DNA from: Octopus bimaculoides
Taxonomy: Eukaryota
Direction: 5' to 3'
DNA: 64,000 nucleotides
NCBI RefSeq assembly: GCF_001194135.2
Contig: NC_068985.1
Coordinates: 30,509,516-30,573,515 of the forward strand
Shown: positions 52,600-64,000 of the stretch, one piece after another
Layout of the letters: the number at the start of each line of letters is the position of its first letter
Numbering within the stretch: position 1 is the stretch's first letter
Made by a program: the position numbers and the translations under genes
The notes under the pieces: generated by a model
The model's input: only the letters and a program-made list of their open reading frames with translations
Database searches by the model: none
What the model was told of the DNA's origin: nothing

Positions 52600-53960
52600 C
52601 CATACTAGGCTTGGGCGAGATAGGATTTTTTCAACACAGTCTTTTCATTTGTCATTGTCTTTCATCACTTCCTTTATGAAACCAACTATTCTGATCTCAG
52701 CCCTCACCACTTTTGTTCATGTCTCTTTCAGTCTTACTTGTCAGTGGGCTCCTGCTTGCATTCATCCAATTGTCATTCTTCATACACATCACTTGACCAT
52801 ACCGTCTCAGTCTTCTCTCTTGCATACTTTGACTAACAACTTTGATGGCTACTTTTTCTCTCTTGCTCATACTTGCTGCTGTTACACTTCTAGTAGAGCA
52901 TTCTTATCATATTGCTTTCTTGCCTATGCATACATTGTACTTCATACACAAGCATCTGACAGTTTGTTCTTCACTTGCAGAAAGAAATCTAAAACCCTTT
53001 CTTGTCAACAGAGGTAGTAGCTCACTGAACTTTCCCTAGTCAATTTTTACTTTTATTACCATACCTTCGTAATACATCATTACTGAAGACATCTCCCCAA
53101 TAACAGAAGTTATAAACTACTTCTAATGAGCTTTCTTGACAACTGAGAGATTTCATTTATTTGGTGCTCTTACTGCTAGTTACTCTTGTGCATCTATTAT
53201 ACATACCTGGGATCCTATTGTACTTTTTGGGGTACCAGTTGTTTGCATTTCTATACACAGTATAAAGTCCTTATCAACTTCCTTTCTGCATATCAAGTGT
53301 GGCCACTTCTTAGTTGGTGGTGTTGTTTTGTTTTTTTTTCAAGTAAAATATTGATCTCTACTACATTGATCTTTCAGCTTCTCAATCCTAGATCTTTCTT
53401 CCATGTTTGGAATTTTTCTAATTTTTTTAACTGATTTCGCTGAGATCATCAACTTACAGCAGTTGTCATGGGATGCTAATCTTGAATTACTCTGTTATTG
53501 TCTAGAAAACTGTAATCAACAGGAAAAGGCTGGGAAACCAAACATTTATGGCCACCTGTCATTATACTAATTTCTCACTGAACTCATTGCTAATTCTTGC
53601 TTTTCTGACAGTACTTTTGTACATAGCTTGGATGGCTCTCACTAGCTACCCATCTGCCTTCAGTCTTCTTAATAATTATAAGACTATAGAATATAGTATC
53701 CTATCAAGGACCTTCTTCAAGTCAAGAATGTTATGATTCATTCTTGACCAAAACCATCTCTTGTTACTTCCCTAAGAAAACTACCCTGGTGGTTCTCTGT
53801 CTTGGTACAAACCCATCACCTCTAACTTAGCTCTCAATTCCTGAAGGCAAAATATATGACATCACAGATACACCCTCACTTTAACATACTTGATTTCCTC
53901 ATTGTGAGATATGATGACCTCAAGGATGTTCTCATCACCCATGTTATGAAAGAAGCAAAG
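52600..53960 (-). mobile_element. Highly decayed RTE-like LINE
   Basis: Purine-rich minus strand with remnants resembling RTE endonuclease/RT and C-terminal regions; many stops. Confidence 0.4.
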
Positions 53961-54019
53961 TGCTTGACTGATAATTTATCCCTCTCTCTTTCTATCTGTT
54001 TATCTGTTTGTATCATTAA

Positions 54020-54026
54020 TATCTAT

Positions 54027-54085
<59 letters not shown>
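54020..54085. repeat. (ATCT)n microsatellite
   Basis: Read directly. Confidence 0.95.
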
Positions 54086-54574
54086 CATACCTACCCACCC
54101 ACCAATCCATCCATTCACCCACCGACAGACACATACACATAAACATACACACTATGTTTATTTTTTACAAACAGTTCTTCTATATTTCTCTCTTTTTTCT
54201 AATTTTCATTTTTCCTATTTCTCTTGCTTTTTTATGTTGTCCTTGGTTAAACAGCTTATCTTATTCAGCAGACCTTTTGTATTGTATTTAAACGTTGGCC
54301 TAATTCTGCTCTGCTTGTTAACTTGCAGTATTTGTTGTACTCATTTCACATCTCTCTTATAATTCTTTTGTCTCCCACAGCCTGACTTCTTCTCAAATAG
54401 GCACTCGCAAATGCACCGAATAGCAAAATAAAAATGATAAATGACATGCATTAAGTGAAAAGCTTTCAAAAGAATGTGCTTATTTGTTGCTTTTGAATTG
54501 ATTTAGCAGTTTTTAGCACTAGTCAACTTTTGCAATATGGCTTATTCTGACCTATCTACTGATTCTATTTCCAG

Positions 54575-54735
54575 ATAAGCCACTCTCCCAGTACATCAGT
54601 AGTTTCAAATCATTCTGTTTAGAAGCTCAACAGACTGCTGACCAGTTAACAGGGATTCTGTGGAATGGGCCTTCTGCTTGTTACAAGCAAATATCAGACG
54701 CAAAGTGTTTCCCAAGCTCTCCCATTTCTAAGTGA
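54575..54735 (+). CDS. Likely exon, possibly terminal (KPLSQYISSFKSFCLEAQQTADQLTGILWNGPSACYKQISDAKCFPSSPISK*), uncharacterised protein
   Basis: Acceptor CTACTGATTCTATTTCCAG, a 52-codon complex open frame ending in TGA that overlaps an AA|GTGAGC donor, and coding-like GC content. Confidence 0.6.
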
Positions 54736-56067
54736 GCATCATTATATTTTATGTCTACTTTTGTAATCCTGGCATGAAGTTTGAATGTACAGATATGAGA
54801 AATTCAGAGTTATCTGAAAGAGAAGTTTGATTCACTTTTTTCTGCTTGGGTTTAATTCTTTGGCCCTTACCCCATTTGTCCCATAGAATTCACTAAGTTG
54901 TCAGGATGTGTGCATACATACATTATGCAAATAAGTATGATGATGCACACATATTTATAAGTAAGGTCAGTGTTTTTAAAAAATGATCATGGAAAAATGA
55001 CTCTTCTCCAACCTCATTTTAAACTTTCATTAAATGTTTGTTTTAAAAACTTTTAAGAAATAATTTTTTCTTTCTTTCAAGCTAGATGTTTTATGATTTT
55101 ATAAATTTTTATTTTTCGAGCCTTTAAGATGTTAGGATGTAAGTCCACTATCTTCAGGGCTTGGTTAATCAATAGCTTTTCCCAAACTTAGCATGAAATT
55201 GTTCGTCATATTTTCTAAAATGTCAACTTTACAAAGGAATTTTGCCAAGTATTTGTAAAGCTTAAAGTTTAATTGATTTGGATCATTAGCAGATGTGATC
55301 ATTATGATAATTAACAGTTCTTAATGATTATCAATAACATTGGTGACAGATTTTTTGGGGGGAGTTTGTTATATTGCCAAACATCAATGTAATCAAAAAT
55401 GGCAAACATGAACTTTTTTTCTTGCTGTTCAAGGATTTTCATTTGTTACTTGTAACATAAATGTGTCTGTTAAATAAGTGCACATTAGCAAATGTCAAAT
55501 GTTTTACATAGAATATACTAAAAATGAGAGGGGTTAAGAAGGAAAGAGAATAGTTTTTTTTTAAAATAAACATTGCATGTTAGTTTACAGATGTCAGCAA
55601 ATCTTGTTTTAAGAATGGCAGCCATGTACATAAACATATGTTGATTTAAACAAAGAATAAGGTATCACACTGTTCTGTTTTTCCATATTTCTTTAATTTC
55701 TGTATTTTTTTGGCATACATATTTTGAAATAGGTGAAATAAGTATCACTCTTAAGTATGACTAAGTTTGTAACTACATCTGTAACATATATATATATCAT
55801 AATTAAATGTTTATTTTTCCATGCTGGGATATATATGTGTGTGTGTGAGAGACAGAAAGAGAGAGTAGGGACCTCTGTTCAAATTGAAAAGTAGCTATAA
55901 ATGGCCCAAAATTGTTCTTAATGAATGTGTATTTGTTTTCATAAAATACTATTGGATTTCTCATGAAAAGTCATCTTTCATGTGAGAAATGAAACTGCTT
56001 TCCAACACAGTTAATGTATTTCTGTGTTTAATGCACTGTTACAAGTACGCACTTGATATTAAAAGTA

Positions 56068-57421
56068 TTAGGTTGTTTCACATGAAATGTCACATTTTTA
56101 ATTACTTGTTATTTCAGTCATTTAAAAACTCAACTATGTGTACCTTGTATTTAATCTTGACTCTTTTTCTTTCCCAACAATATTGGTATACAAAATTCAT
56201 ACCCATAGATCTTATGAAAATGATAACAACCAAACTGTTCAGTGATTTTCACGTATGAGTACAAACTGAGTTACTCTGCTGCAGAAGCTCTACGGAATAT
56301 CAAGTGGGCCTTTGGTAGTGGTTTTGTTGACATTCGAACTGTTCAGAGATGGTTCCAAAGCTCTTGTTCAGGAGATGAGAACCTCGAAAATAAACCAAGG
56401 GGTAGGCCAAAATCAGTTATTCGGCATGATGGATTAAATTGTTTGGTTGAACAAAATCTGAGAACAAAGGTTTGAAAATTTTCATCAGAACTCCAAATAT
56501 CTCACGCAACTATTTTTGGACACCTCTAAAAAATTGGAAAAGTCACGAAAATGGATAGGTTTGTTCCACATCAATTGAATAAGATTCTAAAAAGCAGACA
56601 CCTCAAAGTGTGCTCCCTATTGCTTTCTCAACTGGAAAAGACCTGTGATGAGAAATGGATACTCTTTGACAACAGCAGGAGAACAGGACAGTGATTATGT
56701 TGTGTCGACGCCCCCAGGTGAAGAAGTAGGATCTCCCAAGACATATAAATGGAGGTAGTCTGGCCATGGTAGGAGTGTTGAGTAGCGGTTGAGTAGAGAT
56801 CATCCGATGGTGCTAGATAGCAGTAGTTTGAGACATAACAGCTTAGATGCAGGAGAGTCACCTAAACACTACCCAAACCCACCATTGCACCCTAATAAGT
56901 TAGTGGTCACTGTATGGTGGTCTGCAAAGGGAGTTATTCATTATCCATTTTTGCAACAAGGAAAAATGGTAACAGCAACATCGTATTGGCAGGAAATTGA
57001 TTCTTTGTGTGAGAATTTGAAAAAGAAACAACCCAGACAAGTGAATAGAGATGGCCCAATTTTACTTCACAACAATGCATGTCCTAACACTCCTCAAGCT
57101 GCAGTCCAAAAGTTGCAAAGCCTGAATTATGAGATTTTGCAACATCCTCCCTATTCCCTTGATATCTCTCCTACTGATCATCACTTATTTAAGCATTTTG
57201 AGCTTTTCATAAGCAATAAAACATGCTTAAATAGAGAAGAGGTAATTGAAGCATTCGGTCAGTTTATCACAGCAAAATATGAATTTTTTTTTAAAGATAG
57301 AATATATAACATAGAGAAACTTTGGGTGATTGCCATAAATGAACATGGATCATACTTTGATTAAATAAATTAGTTCTCTATGTTACCTTTCAAATATGAC
57401 ATTTCATGTGAAACAACCTAA
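56068..57421 (+). mobile_element. Full-length but defective mariner (DD34D) transposon, 30-bp TIRs, TA TSD
   Basis: TIR TTAGGTTGTTTCACATGAAATGTCA(C/T)ATTT at both ends. Motifs RTVQRWF..ENKPRGRP, TCDEKWILFDN, VTVWW, LLHNNACP, HPPYSLDISPTDHHLF. Frameshifts and stops present. Confidence 0.92.
56698..56840. mobile_element. 143-bp solo-LTR-like insertion in the mariner transposase, 5-bp TSD
   Basis: TGTTGTGTC...GACATAACA ends, internal TATAAA, flanks GATTA and GCTTA. Removing it restores Q(W)LDAGESPKH. Confidence 0.7.
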
Positions 57422-58169
57422 TATATTTCAAAAATTATGTGCATGACATCTGATTCAAACATATTAAATATGAACACAGGGTTAAGTAACTTGGAAAACA
57501 GTTATACAGGCCCCCCCCCCACATATTATATCTACCACAGGTTATGGGATTTGATGCTTATGGAAATTGTAAAGTATGACCATTAATTTTGGGTACAGAC
57601 TATAATTTCACTCTTACAGAAACTTGTATTTATAGTTTTAAACTGTTAAGAATTTAACATTACTCTTTCTTTACTCAACGGCCACTTGCATTTTAGTTAA
57701 GATCAAAATATAAAGTTAATGATTTGGAAAAACTTTCGTAATGTGTGTGTGTGTGTATGTGTTCCTATCATTTAGCATGAACACAACCACCAACAGCAAC
57801 AGTAATATATAGTATGAAGAAAATAATCAAATCTATTTCAAATAAAAACATATAATGGTGCGTGCTAGTATATTTTAAAAGTTGAATGAAATGTCTTTGA
57901 TCTTCAGTCTATGAGGATTGACCTGAGATGAAACAGCCACAACAATACAATTAGGAACAGTGTAATCACTACAACACCAACAATACCTTCCCACAATCAC
58001 TAACATCTAAAGTAATGCAACCCACATCATCCTCTCCATCAACTCACCAACTTTTGAATCCAACTGGCTACACCAGCTGTCAGCATGTACACCTACATGT
58101 GTGTACATTAGTGTGCGTGTGTGTATTTATGTCTTCAAGTTAGAAGCGCAAAGGGCAAATTGTCTATAA

Positions 58170-58900
58170 AATTTGATAAAATTTCTTTTACACAATGTAC
58201 TGAGCCACCCAGTGAACTTCAACGACTTTTTGATAATACAAGAGTAGAATATCCTTAAGAGTACTTCTTGGTTCCAGCCAATGGATCAAAGTGTGATAGC
58301 TAACCTCAAGGTATGTTATCTGAGAAGAACTTTCAAACAACTTGTGAAATCAATTGACAGGGAGGATAAACATCCATTTAGAGATTTCTAGAAGAAATTC
58401 AACATAATGGATGCTGTGGATAATATAGGGAAGTCATGGGATGAAGTGAAACCTTCCACTTTGAATAGTGCTTGGAAAACTATATGACCAGACTGTATCC
58501 ATGACATTGCAAGTTTTCCTCAAGCAAGAAGTTTACATCAAATTCAGATAGTGTGATACTTGCAAAGAATGTAGGATTTGAAGAAGTCATAGAGGATGAT
58601 GTGATTGAGTTGCTAGTGTCTTAGGTAGAAAGTCTAATGAGGAGCTGATGCTGGAAAAAGAACAAACTCAGAATACAGATGAGACAATGGAAGTTTCACC
58701 TACACCACTTAAATTGGCTCCAAAAATGGTTGCTAAAGAGTTGGCAAATTATAGAGGAAGATTTGCTCATAATGATCCTAATCGTGAACACAACATAAAA
58801 ATTACACAAGGAATTTTCAATGAGTCATACTGAGCTGTACAACAGGGTGCTGCATCATACAACAGATAACTTTGGATAAGCTCTTCACCCCTCAAGCTGA
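58170..58900 (+). mobile_element. Decayed pogo/Tigger transposase fragment (DDE_1)
   Basis: QPMDQSVIANLKVCYLRRTFKQL...KFNIMDAVDNIGKSWDEVKPSTLNSAWK matches Tigger-type transposases. Confidence 0.85.
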
Positions 58901-61039
58901 TGTTTGTGTTAATGAACTATAAGATAGTATATATTGTCCTTCATCCTCCTAGTAATGCTCATTCCACCACCACCCCTTGCACTGTAGTCAACATCTTTTG
59001 TGGTAAGAATGTACTCTTACAATATAACAATTCTTATTAATTCTCTAATGTATTCCTCTTGAAATGTTTTTGTGCTTTTATGTATCTATATTGTACTGTG
59101 TATGTTTAGAAATTGTCTTTGCTGGAATTCAATAATTTGTTTGTTTTACTGCATGAAAAATCAAAATGAGCATTGCAGTCTCAGATCCTTTGATGACATG
59201 TTTACATTCATATTTCATGAATTTTTATTGAATTTCTGAACTTAGAAGTGATATGTGTATTAAATGTTTTTTGTCATGAGTTTGCAGTAGAGAACTGTAC
59301 ATTTGTTGTCAGTTTCCTGCTGTCCAGTCAAGGTTTAGAAGCTTCCACCCAATGTATTTTTCTTCTTTAAGAGAGAGAGAAAGAGAGATAGAGCCAGCCA
59401 TCTTCGCCTGTGTGGTTCTCCTTGACAAATAGTCTTGAAAACCATTTGATGCATTTTTGTCTTCCATGCAAACTAAATTCCTGTTGTTGTCATAATAGGG
59501 ACCATAAATCATTTGGCTTTTAACAATACAATGGCTCCTTTGTGCAAGGGTCTTAAAGCTATTTGGGTATATTGGAGTCAATTTGGTTGGAGAGAATCTT
59601 ATTTGTTAACCATATCGAAAAGTTTGAATGTGACAAACCCGTTTTTCTGTAATATTAGTGATAGAAATATCATTTCATTTGTAGCAAATTTTAGCATGAA
59701 AAGGTTGATTTCAAATGTTTGTGACCAAAATTTGAATTAACATCCTTGAAATTCAATTTCCTGCTTAAATGAATTAAAACCAGGTAACATTTCAATTTCA
59801 CTAGCTGATGAACATACCAGCATAATCAGTAGCAGCTTTATTTTAATCAAGTCTTTTTCTAAAATTGCTGCTTTGCTAAAGAGAAATAATAGTAATGGAG
59901 ATTGAGAGATAGGAAAGTAAATGACTGAAAGGTCAGGGCTTTTAATGGGGAGTAGGAAGAGAAGATAAAAGAGTAAAAGCATGTGAATTCAGCACTGTGG
60001 TAGCAGTGAAGAAATTAATGATACCTATATATAAAAGAAAAAGGAGGATAAGATGTACATAACTTTTTCAAGTGTATATGCATATATGTATATATACATA
60101 CAGGCATTGCTGTGCAGTTAGGAAGTTCATTTTGCTGTCAGCCCCATTTTGGGTTCAGCTCCACTGTGACACCTTGAACAAATGTCATCAGACAAGTGTG
60201 AGTGAATTTTGTAGAGGGAAACTGTAGGAACTCTATCACATATGCATGAGTGCATATGTGTGTGTGTGTGTGCAAATGTACATGACTATAGACATCATGA
60301 CTGGTCACTCTGCACTTTCAAAGACATGGAATAAAATATGTCTTACTTGAAAATAAGCAAAGATTTCTGTCAGAGAGCATTTCAAAGTTTGTTTCAGCAT
60401 TTTTCATTTTCTGCCGACTGAAACTGCGTCTGCGCAGTGGATTTAAAAAAAAATATAATATATATCTAGGAGACATGTGCGTTTTGCCTTTTGTCTCATA
60501 GTTATAAATTAATCTTTGACGGCTGGTTACTGAAGAGAATTTGCCTAGTAAATTATTTTTATTTACTAAAAAAATTTGAAACCTATAGGTCTAACCGTTA
60601 AAAATAAGGTAAAAGTTTTTTTATTTTTTCTTCCCTTTGAAATGTTTTAACTCTTTTGTGGTTTTCGGTCATATATATCCACATTAGACTCCCGACTCAT
60701 ATCACTGTCAAACTAAGAATTTAACTACGGTCTGTCCATAGCACTTACTTAGCATTATCTGCCACTCTTTGGGTCTTCTAGATACCAATACTTCTCATAC
60801 CCTTGCTATATATATATATATAGCACTTCAGTAATGTAACTACATACATGCTGTTGGTGATTTTTTTTCTTTCTTCAGATTTTTCTCTTTCTTCTTTCTG
60901 ACAAAGCGCTATGCTTAAAACATGAAAAACTCTCTCTTTTTACTGAGCGTCAAACTAATACATTCTTTGTGCACTTGCTCTTGTTGTTTGTTATTGTTAA
61001 TTTTATTGTTCCTTTATTTGAATTGACTATATATATATA

Positions 61040-61177
61040 TATAAATATACAGGGATTAGCAATTGAGTTGCTTCTCCAACATACTGAAAATTTAGAAATA
61101 GCAGTCAAAGAACTACTGATTCTAAATTTTCAGTATGTTGGAGAAGCAACTCAATTGCTAATCCCTGTATATTTATA
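61040..61177. repeat. Perfect inverted repeat with 58-bp arms and a 22-nt loop
   Basis: 61040-61097 is the exact reverse complement of 61120-61177. Confidence 0.95.
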
Positions 61178-61917
61178 ATGATAAATAGTTTTACCGATAA
61201 AGGTTTTTTTCATACTGAACTACTTGGCAAAATTGTTAATTATTAATTCTATTATTAATTGACGATTCTCTGCCCTTATTCTTGTATATATATATATATA
61301 TATATATATATGTCTTCTTTTACTTGTTTCCCAATCAGATGGTTCCAGGTTCAGTTTCACTGTAGCACCTTGGGCAAGTGTTTTCTACTTCAGCCTAGGG
61401 CAAACCAGAATGACTATCTTGCTTTTTGGTGGGTATATTCTATGCAAGACTACATTGTCCAATGGAACTTTTCTTTTTAAGATGGCACAATGTGATTTGA
61501 AGGGGGTTTAGTTCCCATTTCCAACAGCTTAAGTGACCATTTCATTGGTTCATTGTGAATTTAGTGTCTCTACTACAGTACTGTGATCATAACAGAGTAC
61601 AAATTCTGCCAAGGTCGAACTGGCGTAATTTTTTGAGACATTTTCTTGGTAAGAAATATGTCTTATATGCCTTACTTGCTTGTCACTAACCACATGACAA
61701 AAAGAGATAGGAATAAAAGGTAGCAATATGGAATTTATTATAATTTATCATCATCATTTTAACATCTATTTTCATGCTGGCATGAGTTGGATGGTTTAAT
61801 AGGAACCAACGTGCCCAAGGACTGCATCAAGCTCCGAGTCTGTTTTGGCTTGGTTTTAACGGCTGGATGCTCTTCCTAATGGCAACCACTTTTCAACATG
61901 GATTGGGTGTTTCTTTG

Positions 61918-61951
<34 letters not shown>

Positions 61952-62679
61952 TTTTTTTTTTGTGCTGCATGCACTATGCAGTTTTCAGGAATATGATCCC
62001 TTGGATAGGAGGAGGGTCAGCTTCATGCTAGGGGACGAGGGGATTACTATGAAAGAGTGGGGCAAAGCAGGTTCTTGCTGAAGGATATGCATGGTGACAT
62101 GCATCTAGTATGGTGGGTGAGGAAAAGAGAAAATGATGCATAATCTTAATCAATGCAGGTATGTAGTCAGTTTCATGGATAAAACTGATTACAAAATATA
62201 AAACTCTGGACTTTATATTAATTAATATACATGAACCAACCCTGTGAGTAGTTTTGGTAGATGAAGACTGAAAGAAGACCATATGAATCCTATTGTATCA
62301 TAGTTTATATATTTACCTGTATTCTTCATTATTTAATGACTGGTTTATTTATTTTAGGGAGTAAAATACTTATGATTAGATTTTATTAAATTTTCATTAA
62401 ATAAAAATAATTTCTGTTTAACAGGTATCACATTGAAAGCTGTTAAATTACAAAGTGTTTGTGTTGTCTTCTATATAAATAAAATCTGTTTTGCAGACTG
62501 ACATCTTCTAATAGAAATAACTAAATGAAAAATATGACACTGGTTGGCTGCTGGTTTCTGTGTGTGTGTAAGTACATGTAACTGTATGAGACTGTGTTTG
62601 TGTGTCTCTGCATAACTGTGTGAGATTACCCGGAAATAACCGAATTATTATTTCACAAATTGTGAGCAGACAATAGTTG

Positions 62680-62717
<38 letters not shown>

Positions 62718-62787
62718 TTACAAATTAAAAGGGTAAAGGATTATCAATTTATTAATTTATTAATAAATCAACAATTAATAATTTTTA

Positions 62788-62823
62788 CCAAGCCCTTCGG
62801 TATGTAAGCACCATTATCGGTGG
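62788..62823 (-). ncRNA. Heavily degenerate minimal hammerhead-like motif
   Basis: CCA-CCGATAA-T-GGTG CTTACA TACC-GAAG-GGC-T-TGG: stems I and II are retained but the core is mutated. Confidence 0.3.
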
Positions 62824-62998
62824 AGAACTTATTTAAAAGTTCATATATATTTATAAACATAATTTAGGGATCAGCAAATATTTGCTTCACCACATACCGA
62901 AGTTCAGAAATAGCAGATAAAAAAGCTGAGACTTGTAACTCACAACAGCAAAAACAAGAAGAAAAAACAATGAAAACTAACCATTCCGAAGATTAATC

Positions 62999-63052
<54 letters not shown>

Positions 63053-63139
63053 AGAATTCACAAAAAAAAACAAAAGATGAAGACAGGTGGTGTAGAAAAC
63101 AAACAGATGTATTAGTATAACGCTTGGGAATTGAAAAGT

Positions 63140-63175
63140 CTTTAACATTTCAAGCCTACGCTCTTCTTCAGAAAG
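63140..63175 (-). ncRNA. Minimal Penelope-type hammerhead, CpG-decayed
   Basis: CTTT-CTGAAGA-A-GAGC GTAG GCTT-GAAA-TGTT-AAAG. It restores to GCTC-GAAAC-GT by two CpG transitions. Confidence 0.55.
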
Positions 63176-63286
63176 GAACACAGAAAGAAACAAGTAGAGA
63201 AAAAAAATGTGTGTAGTGGTTAGTGGTATATATACATGTGTGTGTATATGTATATAAACATGTGTATATGTATATAAACATGTGTG

Positions 63287-63323
<37 letters not shown>

Positions 63324-64000
63324 GTGTGCCTCCTTTTCTCTTTCACATACACTCACAGATGTGCATACACAGGAAAAGTTGTTAACACAATTATCAACAA
63401 AAACAAAGCTGATAAATATGCACAGGTGTTGCAAATTAAGTTTAATTACCAATAAACATCAGCTTGGACGACACTTTACTCAACTGTGTAAAATATGTAA
63501 AATATGGCCCAGGCTGTGATTTCCAGCATGTACATCAAAAAGTAGTTAACCATTTAAGCTTTAGTGAATTTATACAGAAAAAATAAGCATTATACTGTCC
63601 AGCATAAATAAATGTCAACTTCCAGTACGAATATTTACGTTTTGTATGTCTTTTTTCGACAGCATAAAATTCTAAAAAAAATTCTGTAAACGATCTACTC
63701 ATGTAATTTATGCACCCCCTAAAGTTTATTTTTATTTTTGTGAAAAAGAAGTATATAAATTACATGGGTTTTTACGGTAATCGAAGTGTACATTAGTGTC
63801 ATATGTAGAAAATACAAAGACAATAATGGCTGACAGTTGAAAATGGGAAAACAGGAGATTGGCATACTAATTTCACTTTGACATAGTGGATTGAATTACT
63901 TTGTATAGAAATTATGTAGTCAAAAAGTGTTGGACTTTTGGGCAGCTGGAAAAGACACCAGGGTATAGAATGATATAGGGAGTCATCCAGAAAGCTAGTG

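Larger units (their letters stand above)
62700..63260 (-). mobile_element. Penelope-associated repeat relic split by (TA)n
   Basis: Carries two hammerhead-like motifs on the minus strand and a segment (about 62866-62915) homologous to the 61 kb hairpin arm. Confidence 0.5.

Noticed and set aside
54381-54431. Strong acceptor followed by a short frame and AATAAA
   Set aside because: In the phase required by the upstream exon it gives an immediate stop and has no GT donor. It could be an alternative terminal exon, but this is unsupported.
59309-59982. Overlapping 75-90 aa ORFs on both strands
   Set aside because: No recognisable motif, no consistent splice phase, and stops in every continuous frame.

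Overview
AT-rich, repeat-dense eukaryotic scaffold with many N gaps next to microsatellites. The SINE and microsatellite repertoire suggests an Octopus (coleoid cephalopod) genome; this is an inference from pattern recall, not a search. Most of the window is transposon debris: tRNA-derived SINEs of several families, decayed RTE, CR1/L2 and HERO-clade LINEs, a Penelope-like GIY-YIG fragment, mariner/pogo/hAT/Merlin-like DNA elements and MITEs, and Gypsy-like solo LTRs. Nearly all long ORFs in the supplied track are microsatellite or gap artefacts. From about 44 kb the sequence becomes strongly CpG-depleted, as expected for a methylated gene body, and it holds phase-compatible candidate + strand exons (49.8-54.7 kb) of a gene I cannot name. 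Best leads: (1) a fully foldable type I hammerhead ribozyme (28998-29061, minus) just downstream of the Penelope-like endonuclease, with two degenerate minimal hammerheads at 62.8-63.2 kb; (2) a perfect 58-bp-arm hairpin at 61.0-61.2 kb; (3) a methylation boundary readable from SINE CpG decay; (4) a GG-ended MITE carrying telomeric repeats; (5) a 143-bp solo LTR nested in a mariner.
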